Assembly (NCBI GenBank): GCA_050294405.1
Contig: JBNKOC010000028.1
Span: forward strand, 64,001 to 128,000
Source: Fibrobacteria bacterium
GTDB taxonomy: Bacteria > Fibrobacterota > Fibrobacteria > UBA11236 > JADFYW01
Reading direction: 5' to 3'
DNA: 64,000 nucleotides
A program made the translations under genes and the position numbers. Below, one piece after another: positions 55,147 through 64,000 of the stretch (positions are counted from its first letter, which is position 1; every line of letters begins with the position of its first letter). A model generated the notes under the pieces. The model did no database searches, was not told the DNA's origin, and saw only the letters and a program-made list of their open reading frames with translations.

Positions 55147-56580
55147 ATGTCTTCTGCTTACGAAAATCCATTAATTAGCCGCTATGCTTCTGGCGAAATG
55201 AGCCAGATTTTTTCCTCTGATTTTAAATTCCAAACTTGGCGCAAGTTGTGGATTCATTTGGCCGAATCAGAAAAAGAATTGGGGCTTCCCATTAGCCAGG
55301 AGCAAATTGACGAGATGAAAGCCCATATTAGCCCCATAAACTATGAGGAGGCTAAAAAAAGGGAAAAAGAAGTTCGCCACGATGTTATGGCTCATGTTTA
55401 TGCTTTTGGGCTTCATTGTCCGGCAGCAGCGGGAATAATCCATTTGGGCGCCACCTCTTGTTATGTGGGAGACAACACCGATTTAATTCAGATGAAAGAG
55501 GCCTTGTTACTGGTTAAAAGCCGCTTGATGTTGCTAATTAAAAATTTGCGTGATTTTGCCGTAGAATACAAATCCATGCCCACTTTGGGCTTTACCCATT
55601 ACCAGCCTGCCCAATTGGTAACAGTTGGAAAAAGGGCCTGCTTGTGGATACAGGAGTTAATGCTGGATTTGGAAAACTTAAATCATGTTATCGATAATCT
55701 TCCCTTTAGGGGAGTTAAGGGAACCACAGGCACCCAGGCCAGTTTTTTGGAATTGTTTGATGGAGATCATGAAAAGGTCCGAAAGCTGGATGAAGAGGTG
55801 ACTCGCAAATGTGGTTTTCGCCGAAAGTTAACTATTACCGGCCAAACTTATACCCGGAAAATCGATTCCTTTGTTTTATCTTCCCTTTCGAATATAGCCC
55901 AAAGCCTTTCCAAGTTTTCCACAGACATACGTTTGTTGCAAAATTTAAAGGAAGTGGAAGAGCCCTTTGAAAAATCTCAGATAGGGTCTTCAGCCATGGC
56001 CTATAAAAGAAACCCAATGCGTTCCGAGAGAATTGGTTCTTTGGCCCGTTTTGTGGAGTCTTTAACTCATAGCACAGCCTTTACCGCTTCCACCCAATGG
56101 TTTGAGCGCACGCTGGATGATTCTGCAAATAAAAGACTGGCTGTTCCTCAGGCTTTTTTAGCTATGGACGCCATGTTAATATTGGCTAACAACGTATCTT
56201 CTGGGTTTGTGGTCTATCCCAAAGTAATACATAAAAGGGTCATGGAGGAGCTGCCCTTTATGGCTACGGAAAATGTAATTATGGCCTCTGTAAAAAAAGG
56301 CGGTAACCGCCAGGAGTTGCATGAAAGAATTCGCAGCCATTCCATGGAAGCTGGCAAACGGGTAAAACAAGATGGTTTGAACAATGATTTAATTGATAGG
56401 ATTATCGCTGACCCCGAGATACCAGTAGGTGCAGAGGATTTGTCGGGAATCTTGTCTCCCGAAAAATATGTGGGTAGAAGCCCGGAGTTGGTGGATGAAT
56501 TTATTTCCAAGGAAGTGGATCCCCTGCTAGACTCGGATTCCAGCTGGAAAGAATTGGCCGAGCAGGAGTTAAAGGTTTAG
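55147..56580 (+). CDS. purB: Adenylosuccinate lyase
   Basis: YENPLISRYAS, RHDVMAH, IHLGATS, GSSAMAYKRNP. Confidence 0.98.
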   Translation: MSSAYENPLISRYASGEMSQIFSSDFKFQTWRKLWIHLAESEKELGLPISQEQIDEMKAHISPINYEEAKKREKEVRHDVMAHVYAFGLHCPAAAGIIHLGATSCYVGDNTDLIQMKEALLLVKSRLMLLIKNLRDFAVEYKSMPTLGFTHYQPAQLVTVGKRACLWIQELMLDLENLNHVIDNLPFRGVKGTTGTQASFLELFDGDHEKVRKLDEEVTRKCGFRRKLTITGQTYTRKIDSFVLSSLSNIAQSLSKFSTDIRLLQNLKEVEEPFEKSQIGSSAMAYKRNPMRSERIGSLARFVESLTHSTAFTASTQWFERTLDDSANKRLAVPQAFLAMDAMLILANNVSSGFVVYPKVIHKRVMEELPFMATENVIMASVKKGGNRQELHERIRSHSMEAGKRVKQDGLNNDLIDRIIADPEIPVGAEDLSGILSPEKYVGRSPELVDEFISKEVDPLLDSDSSWKELAEQELKV

Positions 56581-56948
56581 GGCAAGCCTATTTTTTCCAC
56601 CACCATTCCCACCAGGTCGTTGCGACGGTAGGGTTTATTAATGTAGCCACAGAAGGTCTTAAACTTGGAGCATTGTTCCACGTATTTAGAAGTGCTGAGG
56701 TAGGCGCTTGCCACCAGGGTTTTGGTTGGGTTTTCCATTTTATCCAGCTCTTCCATAAAGGCAAAACCGTCCATTTGGGGCATGGATAAATCACAAATAT
56801 GCAGATCAAAAGCTGGTCCTGCTTCGATAGCCCGGAGCCCATCAAGGCCATTTTGAACCCATTCCACTTCATAGCCTTCTTTTTCCAAAAATTTTTTGGC
56901 TATAAAGGCGAGGTTTTTTTCATCTTCTAAAAAAAGAATTCGAGCCAT
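56577..56948 (-). CDS. Single-domain response regulator (CheY-like)
   Basis: ILFLEDE, DLSMPQMDG, SAY, KP. Confidence 0.93.
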   Translation of the reverse strand: MARILFLEDEKNLAFIAKKFLEKEGYEVEWVQNGLDGLRAIEAGPAFDLHICDLSMPQMDGFAFMEELDKMENPTKTLVASAYLSTSKYVEQCSKFKTFCGYINKPYRRNDLVGMVVEKIGLP

Positions 56949-57154
56949 GGTGAAATTTCCCAGGTTTTTGGACTGCTTATGAAATAATTATGGTATTTTC
57001 TGAACTGAGATGCCATCTTCCAAAACATTATCTGGAGGCGGCAAAATGGGGCTCGGCAACCACAAAATTTGGCTTTTTTAAGGGGATTGCTGATAAAAAC
57101 TGGCTTTTTTTTTAACATTACATTTTTGAAAATTAAATCAAAAACGAGGGTTTA

Positions 57155-58309
57155 ATGGAAACACAGGTAAATCAAGAGACATATACAAAAGAAAACCCCT
57201 ATCCGGCCAAACTTTTAAAAAATGTGGCCTTAACTAAAGACGGTTCCAATAAGGAAACCCGACATCTTGAATTGAGTATCAAGGATTCGGGGATTCGCTA
57301 TAGCTGTGGTGATGCCTTGGGAGTGTGGCCGTTAAATGACAGTGATTTTATTCAGGAACTATTGGCTTTGTGCAATTACAACGGTGAAGAAACAGTGGTT
57401 GTTCCCGAAATTGGAGAAGTTAAATTGCTGGATGGGTTAAAAAGCAAATTGAATTTGCAGCGCATCAACCCGGATTTATTGAAGTTTTTAAGTGAAGCTT
57501 GCACCGATGAAATTGAAAAAGCGCTGCTTGATAAAATGCAGGACAGCGCGAACAAAGCTTGGTTTCGAGAGGAGTTTTTAGATGTAATGGATGTTCTTCT
57601 TGAACTGCCCAAAACCAAAATTTCCCCTCAACAATTTGTGAATTCATTAAGCGTTCTGAAACCTCGGCTATATTCTATTGCCTCGTCTCAATTGATGCAT
57701 CCCGATGAAATACATCTAACCGTTGGTGTTAATAACACCGTGTTCAACAATCGTTTGAGAAAAGGTGTTTGCAGCAATTATTTAAGCCATGCGGTTAGCA
57801 TAAACGAAACCATGAATGTTTATATAGCCCCTTCCAAACATTTCCACCTGCCTCAGGAAAAGGGGGTGGATATCATAATGGTTGGACCCGGCACCGGAAT
57901 CGCTCCTTTCAGAGCTTTTATCCAGGAACGTATTGCCTCAAATGATAGCGGGAGAAATTGGCTCTTTTTTGGTGAACAGCGAAAAGAATACGATTACCTC
58001 TATCAGGATGAGTTTGAAGCCTGGCAGCAATCAGGTCAATTGGCAGAACTGGATGTGGCTTTTTCCCGCGACCAGGAGTTCAAAATTTACGTGCAAAATA
58101 AAATGGAAGAAAAATCCTCTGAATTATGGAAATGGCTGGAGGGCGGCGCTTATTTTTACGTTTGTGGAGATGCCCGTCGCATGGCTGTGGATGTGGATAA
58201 CATGCTTCATAGCGTAATCGAAAAAGAAGGTAAAATGTCTGCAGACGATGCCAAAAATTATGTGAAGGCCATGAAAAAAGATAAGAGGTATTTGAGGGAT
58301 ATTTATTAG
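57155..58309 (+). CDS. CysJ-like FAD/NADPH reductase lacking the flavodoxin domain
   Basis: PRLYSIASS, GVCSNYL, MVGPGTGIAPFR, LFFG, AFSRDQ..K.YVQ, YVCGDA..MA.DV, RYLRDIY. Confidence 0.9.
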   Translation: METQVNQETYTKENPYPAKLLKNVALTKDGSNKETRHLELSIKDSGIRYSCGDALGVWPLNDSDFIQELLALCNYNGEETVVVPEIGEVKLLDGLKSKLNLQRINPDLLKFLSEACTDEIEKALLDKMQDSANKAWFREEFLDVMDVLLELPKTKISPQQFVNSLSVLKPRLYSIASSQLMHPDEIHLTVGVNNTVFNNRLRKGVCSNYLSHAVSINETMNVYIAPSKHFHLPQEKGVDIIMVGPGTGIAPFRAFIQERIASNDSGRNWLFFGEQRKEYDYLYQDEFEAWQQSGQLAELDVAFSRDQEFKIYVQNKMEEKSSELWKWLEGGAYFYVCGDARRMAVDVDNMLHSVIEKEGKMSADDAKNYVKAMKKDKRYLRDIY

Positions 58310-58351
58310 GACCAATCTTTTATTTTGACGGGTTTTACAAAAGGGCTGATT

Positions 58352-59086
58352 TTAATCAGGATGTCGGGCTAAGTAATTCTTAGCCCTTTCTATTTGTGGC
58401 TTTTTATTGATGTAAAAACGATATAGCCCAAAGGTTTTATTAAGTCCAAGCACTTTGCATTCGCTTTCATCGTAAAAATAATTTAGAATTTCTTCAATTT
58501 CATTGGCGCTGTTGACGTGTTCATGGCGCATTAAAACCCCGTAATCCAATTTATATTTTAATTTGAACTCCAGCCCGGTTGTTAGTTTCCAACCAAGTTT
58601 CCATAAAACAGATCCTTCGTTGGGAATGCAGGTTCGCAACTGTCCGTCTTCTTGCAAAATTAAACATGTTTTGGCCACTACTTTAGGCAAGTCCAAAATA
58701 TGTTCAAAGGCTGCGATGGAAATGATTCTTTGGTATTGCTCATTCAAGTCAAGCTGTGAAATGTCCTGGAATATATTTCGAATGTTTTTTAAAAATGGGG
58801 AGTCTGAATATAACTCCTTAAAAGGCTCAATAATATCGTAACAATCGGAGCTTTCAAATTTTAATTGATTTAAGGTTCCTGCCCCAATTTCCAAAGTTTT
58901 TTGAGAGTGTTTTTGCGGAACATCCGAAGCGGCCATTTTATGTAGCCAAGACTCTACTTTTTGAGCCAATCCTGAGGCGGTGGAGCTTCCTTTCCTATTG
59001 TTAATGTATTGTTCTTGATAAATGGCCGCAAAATCTGGGGGTAAGGCTGGGCGTGTCTTTGGAAATTTAGGAAATGGGTTTTCCAT
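58352..59086 (-). CDS. Class I SAM-dependent methyltransferase-like protein
   Basis: TLEIGAG motif I, IISIAAFEHI.D. Confidence 0.8.
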   Translation of the reverse strand: MENPFPKFPKTRPALPPDFAAIYQEQYINNRKGSSTASGLAQKVESWLHKMAASDVPQKHSQKTLEIGAGTLNQLKFESSDCYDIIEPFKELYSDSPFLKNIRNIFQDISQLDLNEQYQRIISIAAFEHILDLPKVVAKTCLILQEDGQLRTCIPNEGSVLWKLGWKLTTGLEFKLKYKLDYGVLMRHEHVNSANEIEEILNYFYDESECKVLGLNKTFGLYRFYINKKPQIERAKNYLARHPD

Positions 59087-59225
59087 AGGATGGTATTTTC
59101 AATTGTACTTTTATTGCAAACCCCAGGGCAAATTATACGGCAAGAAATAATAAATAAAGCACATAAACAGTCGAAATTCTAGAAAAAATTGCATAAAATA
59201 GTTCTTTACCCATAAGTTACCATGT

Positions 59226-60920
59226 ATGAAAATTTTTTACTGCCTCATATTTATTATAGCCGTTGGATTTAGGCTTTATGGAAATAATTGGGGTTTAGTA
59301 ACCGGGGCTCATTTAAATAACATAGGTTACCCGGTAGAGGATAATTTTAAGGCGGATTGGGTTGTTTCTGGATATGTATATGATGAAGAAAGGTTTATGG
59401 GCGCTCTGGATTTCTTCGGAAAATCAAAAAAATATTATAGAGATTGGATATCAGGACAGCTCAGCTTTTTTGAGCTGACAAAATATATTGTTAGTGCAGC
59501 ATGGCCTGGAAGTTTTATGCAAATGAGACCGGTTGGGCCTTACTTTTTTTCATCTACTGCTTGGCTTTGCTATAAAACCGGACAAATTTTTGGAATGCCG
59601 CTTTCGGATAAAAAAGATTTAATAAGCGTGTACTACAAAGCAAACCGAATCATAAATGGAATAATTTCTGCAGCTTCAATGTGGATTTTGCTTATGTACA
59701 TTTTAATGTCAAGAAAGAAAAATTCAAGCAATTGGCTCCCCCTGCTTGCAATAACGATATTTTGCTTCCAACCAGCAAGTGTTGTGCATGGACACTGGGT
59801 TACCTATAATTCACTATTAGCTTTGGCAATACTTTCTGAAATGGCATATTTAAATCTTATTTGTATGCGTGCAGATATATGGAGTAAAAACAAATTTTTA
59901 ATGCACTGCTCAACTTTGTCTTTGCTAATTGGAATATCCATTGCGGCTAAGTTTACTGCAGCAGCTGTGATAATTGTTGGGGCGATTTGCTTTCTTTTGA
60001 AATTCCATTGGGAAAACAAAAATAATTTTAAAATGAAGGATATCATAACCAGTAAATATTTTTTTGGATCCATAATATTGGCGGTTGGCGGATGCCTTGG
60101 ATTTTTGGTTTGCATTTTCCCCATGTTTATTGTGCCAAATGCTCCGGGAATAACATTTAAAGTGGAGGGGGCTGCATATTTTTCACGTACTTTTGTTGCA
60201 GCCCATTATTTTTTAAAGACTTTGCCTGCTGGCATGGGTTGGCCGTTATATATAATAGGATTATTCGGAGTGGCCACTTCACTATACAACTGGAAAAACA
60301 TTTCAATTCATAAAATTTCGCTCATATCTTTAATTGCCATAATGATATTCGCTTTTACTTCAAATTCATTGGGGATGCAGCCCCAACGTTCCCTTACCAT
60401 ATACCTGGCATGGGTAGTGTTTGCCTTTTGGGGCCTTGAATCTCTTTACTGTTTAGAGTGGAAACTATTTTCGCATTTAGTGGCAGCTTATTTGATAATT
60501 GGAGGCGTTTACGCAAGCTCTTTAATCAACTACCAACTTAAAAAAGACTACCCTGGGTATAGAAATAAAATATCAAAATTTATAGTAGATAATATTGATA
60601 ATGGAAGTAATATTTATTTACATACCATTACTAAGCACGGACAGGTTGATGTTAGCTTATATGAAACCCAGGAAAATCCCAAGTATAAAAAATATCAGTA
60701 TCTAGCCCTTTATACCTGGCAGTTGGAAAAAATGGAAAAAATTAACGGATACGCTTTGTATCCCGACAATTGGAACGGGGCGGAAAAGATAGCGACCTAC
60801 CATTCAAGTTTGAAAAAAGAAACAAGATTAATAAGATATTTCCGGATGTTCTTTGGTTACCATCGTGGAGATCAAATAGTAGATGTGCCTTCATTTAGTG
60901 TCTATAAAATAGATGCGTAG
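59226..60920 (+). CDS. Multi-pass membrane protein, probable GT-C (ArnT/PMT-like) glycosyltransferase
   Basis: FR....WG...DE motif in first loop, P....GH, G...AAKFT, about 12 TM helices, soluble C-terminus. Confidence 0.6.
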   Translation: MKIFYCLIFIIAVGFRLYGNNWGLVTGAHLNNIGYPVEDNFKADWVVSGYVYDEERFMGALDFFGKSKKYYRDWISGQLSFFELTKYIVSAAWPGSFMQMRPVGPYFFSSTAWLCYKTGQIFGMPLSDKKDLISVYYKANRIINGIISAASMWILLMYILMSRKKNSSNWLPLLAITIFCFQPASVVHGHWVTYNSLLALAILSEMAYLNLICMRADIWSKNKFLMHCSTLSLLIGISIAAKFTAAAVIIVGAICFLLKFHWENKNNFKMKDIITSKYFFGSIILAVGGCLGFLVCIFPMFIVPNAPGITFKVEGAAYFSRTFVAAHYFLKTLPAGMGWPLYIIGLFGVATSLYNWKNISIHKISLISLIAIMIFAFTSNSLGMQPQRSLTIYLAWVVFAFWGLESLYCLEWKLFSHLVAAYLIIGGVYASSLINYQLKKDYPGYRNKISKFIVDNIDNGSNIYLHTITKHGQVDVSLYETQENPKYKKYQYLALYTWQLEKMEKINGYALYPDNWNGAEKIATYHSSLKKETRLIRYFRMFFGYHRGDQIVDVPSFSVYKIDA

Positions 60921-60945
60921 TTCAATGTTTTTTTAGTACTTTGAG

Positions 60946-62193
60946 ATGATTTTTCCTAATAGAAATTGGATAATTTTTTTAGCACTTTTAATAAGTGTGC
61001 AGTTTGCCGCTCACTATAATAAAAATTCGCCATACCTATACTATACAAAGGGGTTGTTTACATTAGAAAACCCCCAATTTAAAGATAATATGTATGGAAT
61101 GGCATTTGGCCCAAATGGGGAAATTATTCACTTTGACGCGGTAAAATATTGGGCAGTGCAGAATTTGTTTGCCGGAAAGTACCGTGGGGATCATCTAGGC
61201 ACAATAAAAAGGCCCGTATACAATTATCTTGTGTCGATGTTTTCAAATTATTTTCACCATATATACATATCCTGGGCGATAAATTTATTGATTTGGCTGG
61301 CAGCATGTTTATTTTCTTATAACATTGCGATTAAAATGTGCGATATGAATAAACATTTTTCGGCGAAACTTTTTTCCGCTTTGGTCGCAAGCGCTCCAGC
61401 ATATGTAAATATTGCGAACCAGCCTATGAGTTATGTATTTGGGTATTCTATTTTTATTATGTTTGTAAGTTACTGCTTAATATTTGAACAAAATGATAAA
61501 AGTGCTTTTTCCGGTTATTTTGGACTTGTATTCTTACTGTTAATTGCAAATTTCACATATGAAATACTGGGCCCAATGTGCATTGGTTTTGCGACTCTAT
61601 TTTTAATTAAGAAGAAAAATATTTTAAAAATTGCCGGATTGTGGATGATTTGGATCTTTTCAAATATTGCCTATAACCAGATTGTATTAAAATGGATTTT
61701 ATCATACAAAAACAAATACACGGTTGATATTGCTGGTGCCGGTATACAAAACGTAATAAGGATTTCATTGGAATCACTCGAGCCAATTTTAAAAACACTA
61801 ATATATCTGGGGTATGGATATTTCTTAAGTTGCCTTTTTTTGATCCCTTTTATTTCATTGTTTGGGTTTTTGAAATTCAATAAAAAGCACTGGAAGTTTT
61901 GGATATGTTGCATGGTATCGGTTTCCGCTCCGCTCTTTTACATGGGAATACACTCAAATACAGTAGATATGTTTAATTTTTACAAATCGGGGAGGGTTGT
62001 TGCTTACTATATGTTGCCGGTTTACTTTGGAGCGGTTTTAGGCACATCTATTTTGTGGGATAGAATCAAATCCACTAATAGTAAAAATCTGGCTCTGGGC
62101 ATAGTTATTGCGTGTTCCTTCTTATATAGCAACTTAGATATATTTGGAGTTAAGTATTTATACCATTTATTTAATTTTAGGCAGGGCTATTGA
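60946..62193 (+). CDS. Multi-pass membrane protein, possibly GT-C fold
   Basis: About 10 TM helices; HFDA..Y and RPVY loop motifs; next to GT genes. Confidence 0.55.
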   Translation: MIFPNRNWIIFLALLISVQFAAHYNKNSPYLYYTKGLFTLENPQFKDNMYGMAFGPNGEIIHFDAVKYWAVQNLFAGKYRGDHLGTIKRPVYNYLVSMFSNYFHHIYISWAINLLIWLAACLFSYNIAIKMCDMNKHFSAKLFSALVASAPAYVNIANQPMSYVFGYSIFIMFVSYCLIFEQNDKSAFSGYFGLVFLLLIANFTYEILGPMCIGFATLFLIKKKNILKIAGLWMIWIFSNIAYNQIVLKWILSYKNKYTVDIAGAGIQNVIRISLESLEPILKTLIYLGYGYFLSCLFLIPFISLFGFLKFNKKHWKFWICCMVSVSAPLFYMGIHSNTVDMFNFYKSGRVVAYYMLPVYFGAVLGTSILWDRIKSTNSKNLALGIVIACSFLYSNLDIFGVKYLYHLFNFRQGY

Positions 62194-62561
62194 ATCTGAG
62201 AATTTATAAAGGACATATAATTATTTATGTCGCGTTTTTTGCGGTAACGCCAGTTGCCTTTATAGGGAAATTGCCTTGGAAATATGAATGGGACTTCGAA
62301 TCATATTTATTAAATGTATTAGCGGCATGGATAGTATATCCATCTCTATATTTTTTTTTAAGATTATTTCTGGTGTCAAAAAGCCGGTTATATGTTCTGT
62401 ATTTATTGGGTGGTGTATATGTTATGCATATATTTCCAATTCGGGCGTTTTCGAAAATTGTATATGGAGAACTTCCTCCCAATTATCTATCCGGGTTTTT
62501 GGGATTGTTCCTGCCAATATTGTATTTCTATATTATAAAGCGCAGATTAAACAAAAACTAA
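62190..62561 (+). CDS. Small membrane protein (about 4 TM)
   Basis: TTGA overlap with upstream gene; hydrophobic helices. Confidence 0.5.
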   Translation: MNLRIYKGHIIIYVAFFAVTPVAFIGKLPWKYEWDFESYLLNVLAAWIVYPSLYFFLRLFLVSKSRLYVLYLLGGVYVMHIFPIRAFSKIVYGELPPNYLSGFLGLFLPILYFYIIKRRLNKN

Positions 62562-63574
62562 ATTTTATTATTTAATAATTTTTGGCCCATCAAAAAATTC
62601 AACTTAAATACCGCGTTTACAAGGATAGATATTCTTAGAAAAATGGAGTTATTAGTTATTAATTTAAAATTAAAATTTTCTGCCAGGGCATTCATTGGTA
62701 ATGGCTGTTTGTTCGCACTATTAGGATGGAAATGCATAAAAGATTTATAAGCTATCAGCTTTTGCCATATAAAGCTCCTTCCCTTTCCAAGTACATAAAT
62801 CCAAATTATTAAATCCATAATAAATAAACTAGGCGATAGTAAAATAAGCGCAGACCAGGAAAAGTGCTTTCGCAAAATATAATAACGCCCGAACTCTTGA
62901 AAAAAGACTTTTTTTGGGGACATTTTAAAATGGTAGTCGTGGAATACTATGGCGTTATTAGCGTGTAATATTTCATATCCGCTTTTTTGGATTCTTACAG
63001 ACAGCTCGGTATCTTCACAATATAAAAATAAATTAGGGTCAAAACCCTCCAGATTAGAGAATAGATCTTTTGAAATACAAAAACACGCCCCTGAGATAGC
63101 ATAGATTTCCTTAAATTTTAAATTAGGATCATGTAGCTCTTGGTAGGCATTTAATGTTCCTAATCCGGTAAAATGGATAATATTACCGCAGGTGTTAATT
63201 TTTGTTTTTTCCTTCATTTGAAGAATAGTTGGAATAATAATTTGTCGATCATTCGCAAGTTGAGGAAATAAATTAATGAAAAAATCAGATTTGATTTCAG
63301 AATCTGGATTTAAAAAAATCAAATACCTGCCATTGGCAGTTTTAGCGCCTAGATTACAACCTTGTCCGAATCCAGTGTTTTTATTTTGTATTAAACGGAC
63401 TTCTTTAAATTGATGGGAGATTAATTCACGAGAATGATCCGTGCTTCCATTGTCAACTACAATGATTTCCAGTTTAAAACCGCTGCGGGCGTTTAAAATT
63501 GAATTAATGCAATTATTTAAATAATGCTCTGAGTTGTGGCTGACAATAATGATGCTAAAATTGATTTTATCCAT
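62558..63574 (-). CDS. Glycosyltransferase family 2
   Basis: SIIIVSHN, VVDNGSTD, NTGFGQGCNLG, FLNPD, SGACF, FLYCEDTEL. Confidence 0.95.
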   Translation of the reverse strand: MDKINFSIIIVSHNSEHYLNNCINSILNARSGFKLEIIVVDNGSTDHSRELISHQFKEVRLIQNKNTGFGQGCNLGAKTANGRYLIFLNPDSEIKSDFFINLFPQLANDRQIIIPTILQMKEKTKINTCGNIIHFTGLGTLNAYQELHDPNLKFKEIYAISGACFCISKDLFSNLEGFDPNLFLYCEDTELSVRIQKSGYEILHANNAIVFHDYHFKMSPKKVFFQEFGRYYILRKHFSWSALILLSPSLFIMDLIIWIYVLGKGRSFIWQKLIAYKSFMHFHPNSANKQPLPMNALAENFNFKLITNNSIFLRISILVNAVFKLNFLMGQKLLNNKI

Positions 63575-64000
63575 GCCTAAAAAACATATCTTGCATAATG
63601 CTTTTAATACCGTAGGAATATTTAAAGTAGTTCAGATTTAAACATTCTCTTGCTATAATGACCCATTTGTTAAATTTGCTTCTTTCAATTAGAACTCGAT
63701 TAGATAGATGGGTTATCTTCTTTTGTAATAGTCTAGTTTTATTATTGTTGCATAGTTCCACAGGAAGACGGGCTTTAAGTTCCTTAAACAATGCTAATTG
63801 TTCGTAAAAATATTTATGGCTCATCTTTGACCTGGCAAAAACAAACTGTTCCCAAAGACTTCTTTTTTTTATTCCAATTTGATTATTCCCGTGAATTCTG
63901 TATTTAATAAGCGGCTCTGGAATAATATTCGGGGAGCCTACAAAAGATGCCATTAATCCAACCCATGCGTCATGAACGCTATGCAAACTCGGGAATGGCA
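63567..64000 (-). CDS. Glycosyltransferase family 2, C-terminal part (5' truncated by window)
   Basis: Frame open to the window edge: PFPSLHSVHDAW...EPLIKYRIHGNNQIG. Confidence 0.85.
   Translation of the reverse strand, partial: PFPSLHSVHDAWVGLMASFVGSPNIIPEPLIKYRIHGNNQIGIKKRSLWEQFVFARSKMSHKYFYEQLALFKELKARLPVELCNNNKTRLLQKKITHLSNRVLIERSKFNKWVIIARECLNLNYFKYSYGIKSIMQDMFFRHG

Overview
Chromosomal, mostly housekeeping window from an AT-rich bacterium, probably Fibrobacterota/FCB group (inferred from the region-1.1-less FCB-type sigma-70 and PorV/PorQ-like barrels). It carries the end of the atp operon (atpA'-G-D-C), moxR, a sigma-70, a DnaA-box cluster (candidate oriC), hldE, tex, tRNA-Met, fabI, dnaN, two PorV-like genes, rlmD, a sigma-54 two-component pair, flgM, lysC, murG, purB, eboA/eboB, a ClC channel and a low-GC glycosylation island at the right end. 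No CRISPR, prophage or transposase was seen; one MITE-like hairpin element is present. The most interesting signals are regulatory. (1) A putative cAMP signalling operon (exported transglutaminase-like/TPR protein, CHASE2 adenylate cyclase, CsgG/FlgO-like protein) has a tandem CRP-box promoter whose geometry is repeated exactly in front of a 1421-aa surface lipoprotein gene 10 kb away. (2) Two convergent sigma-28 promoters at flgM define a ~70-nt antisense sRNA with its own terminator. (3) Three NrtR operators place two quinone-oxidoreductase-like genes under NrtR control. All calls come from reading motifs; no database searches were run.
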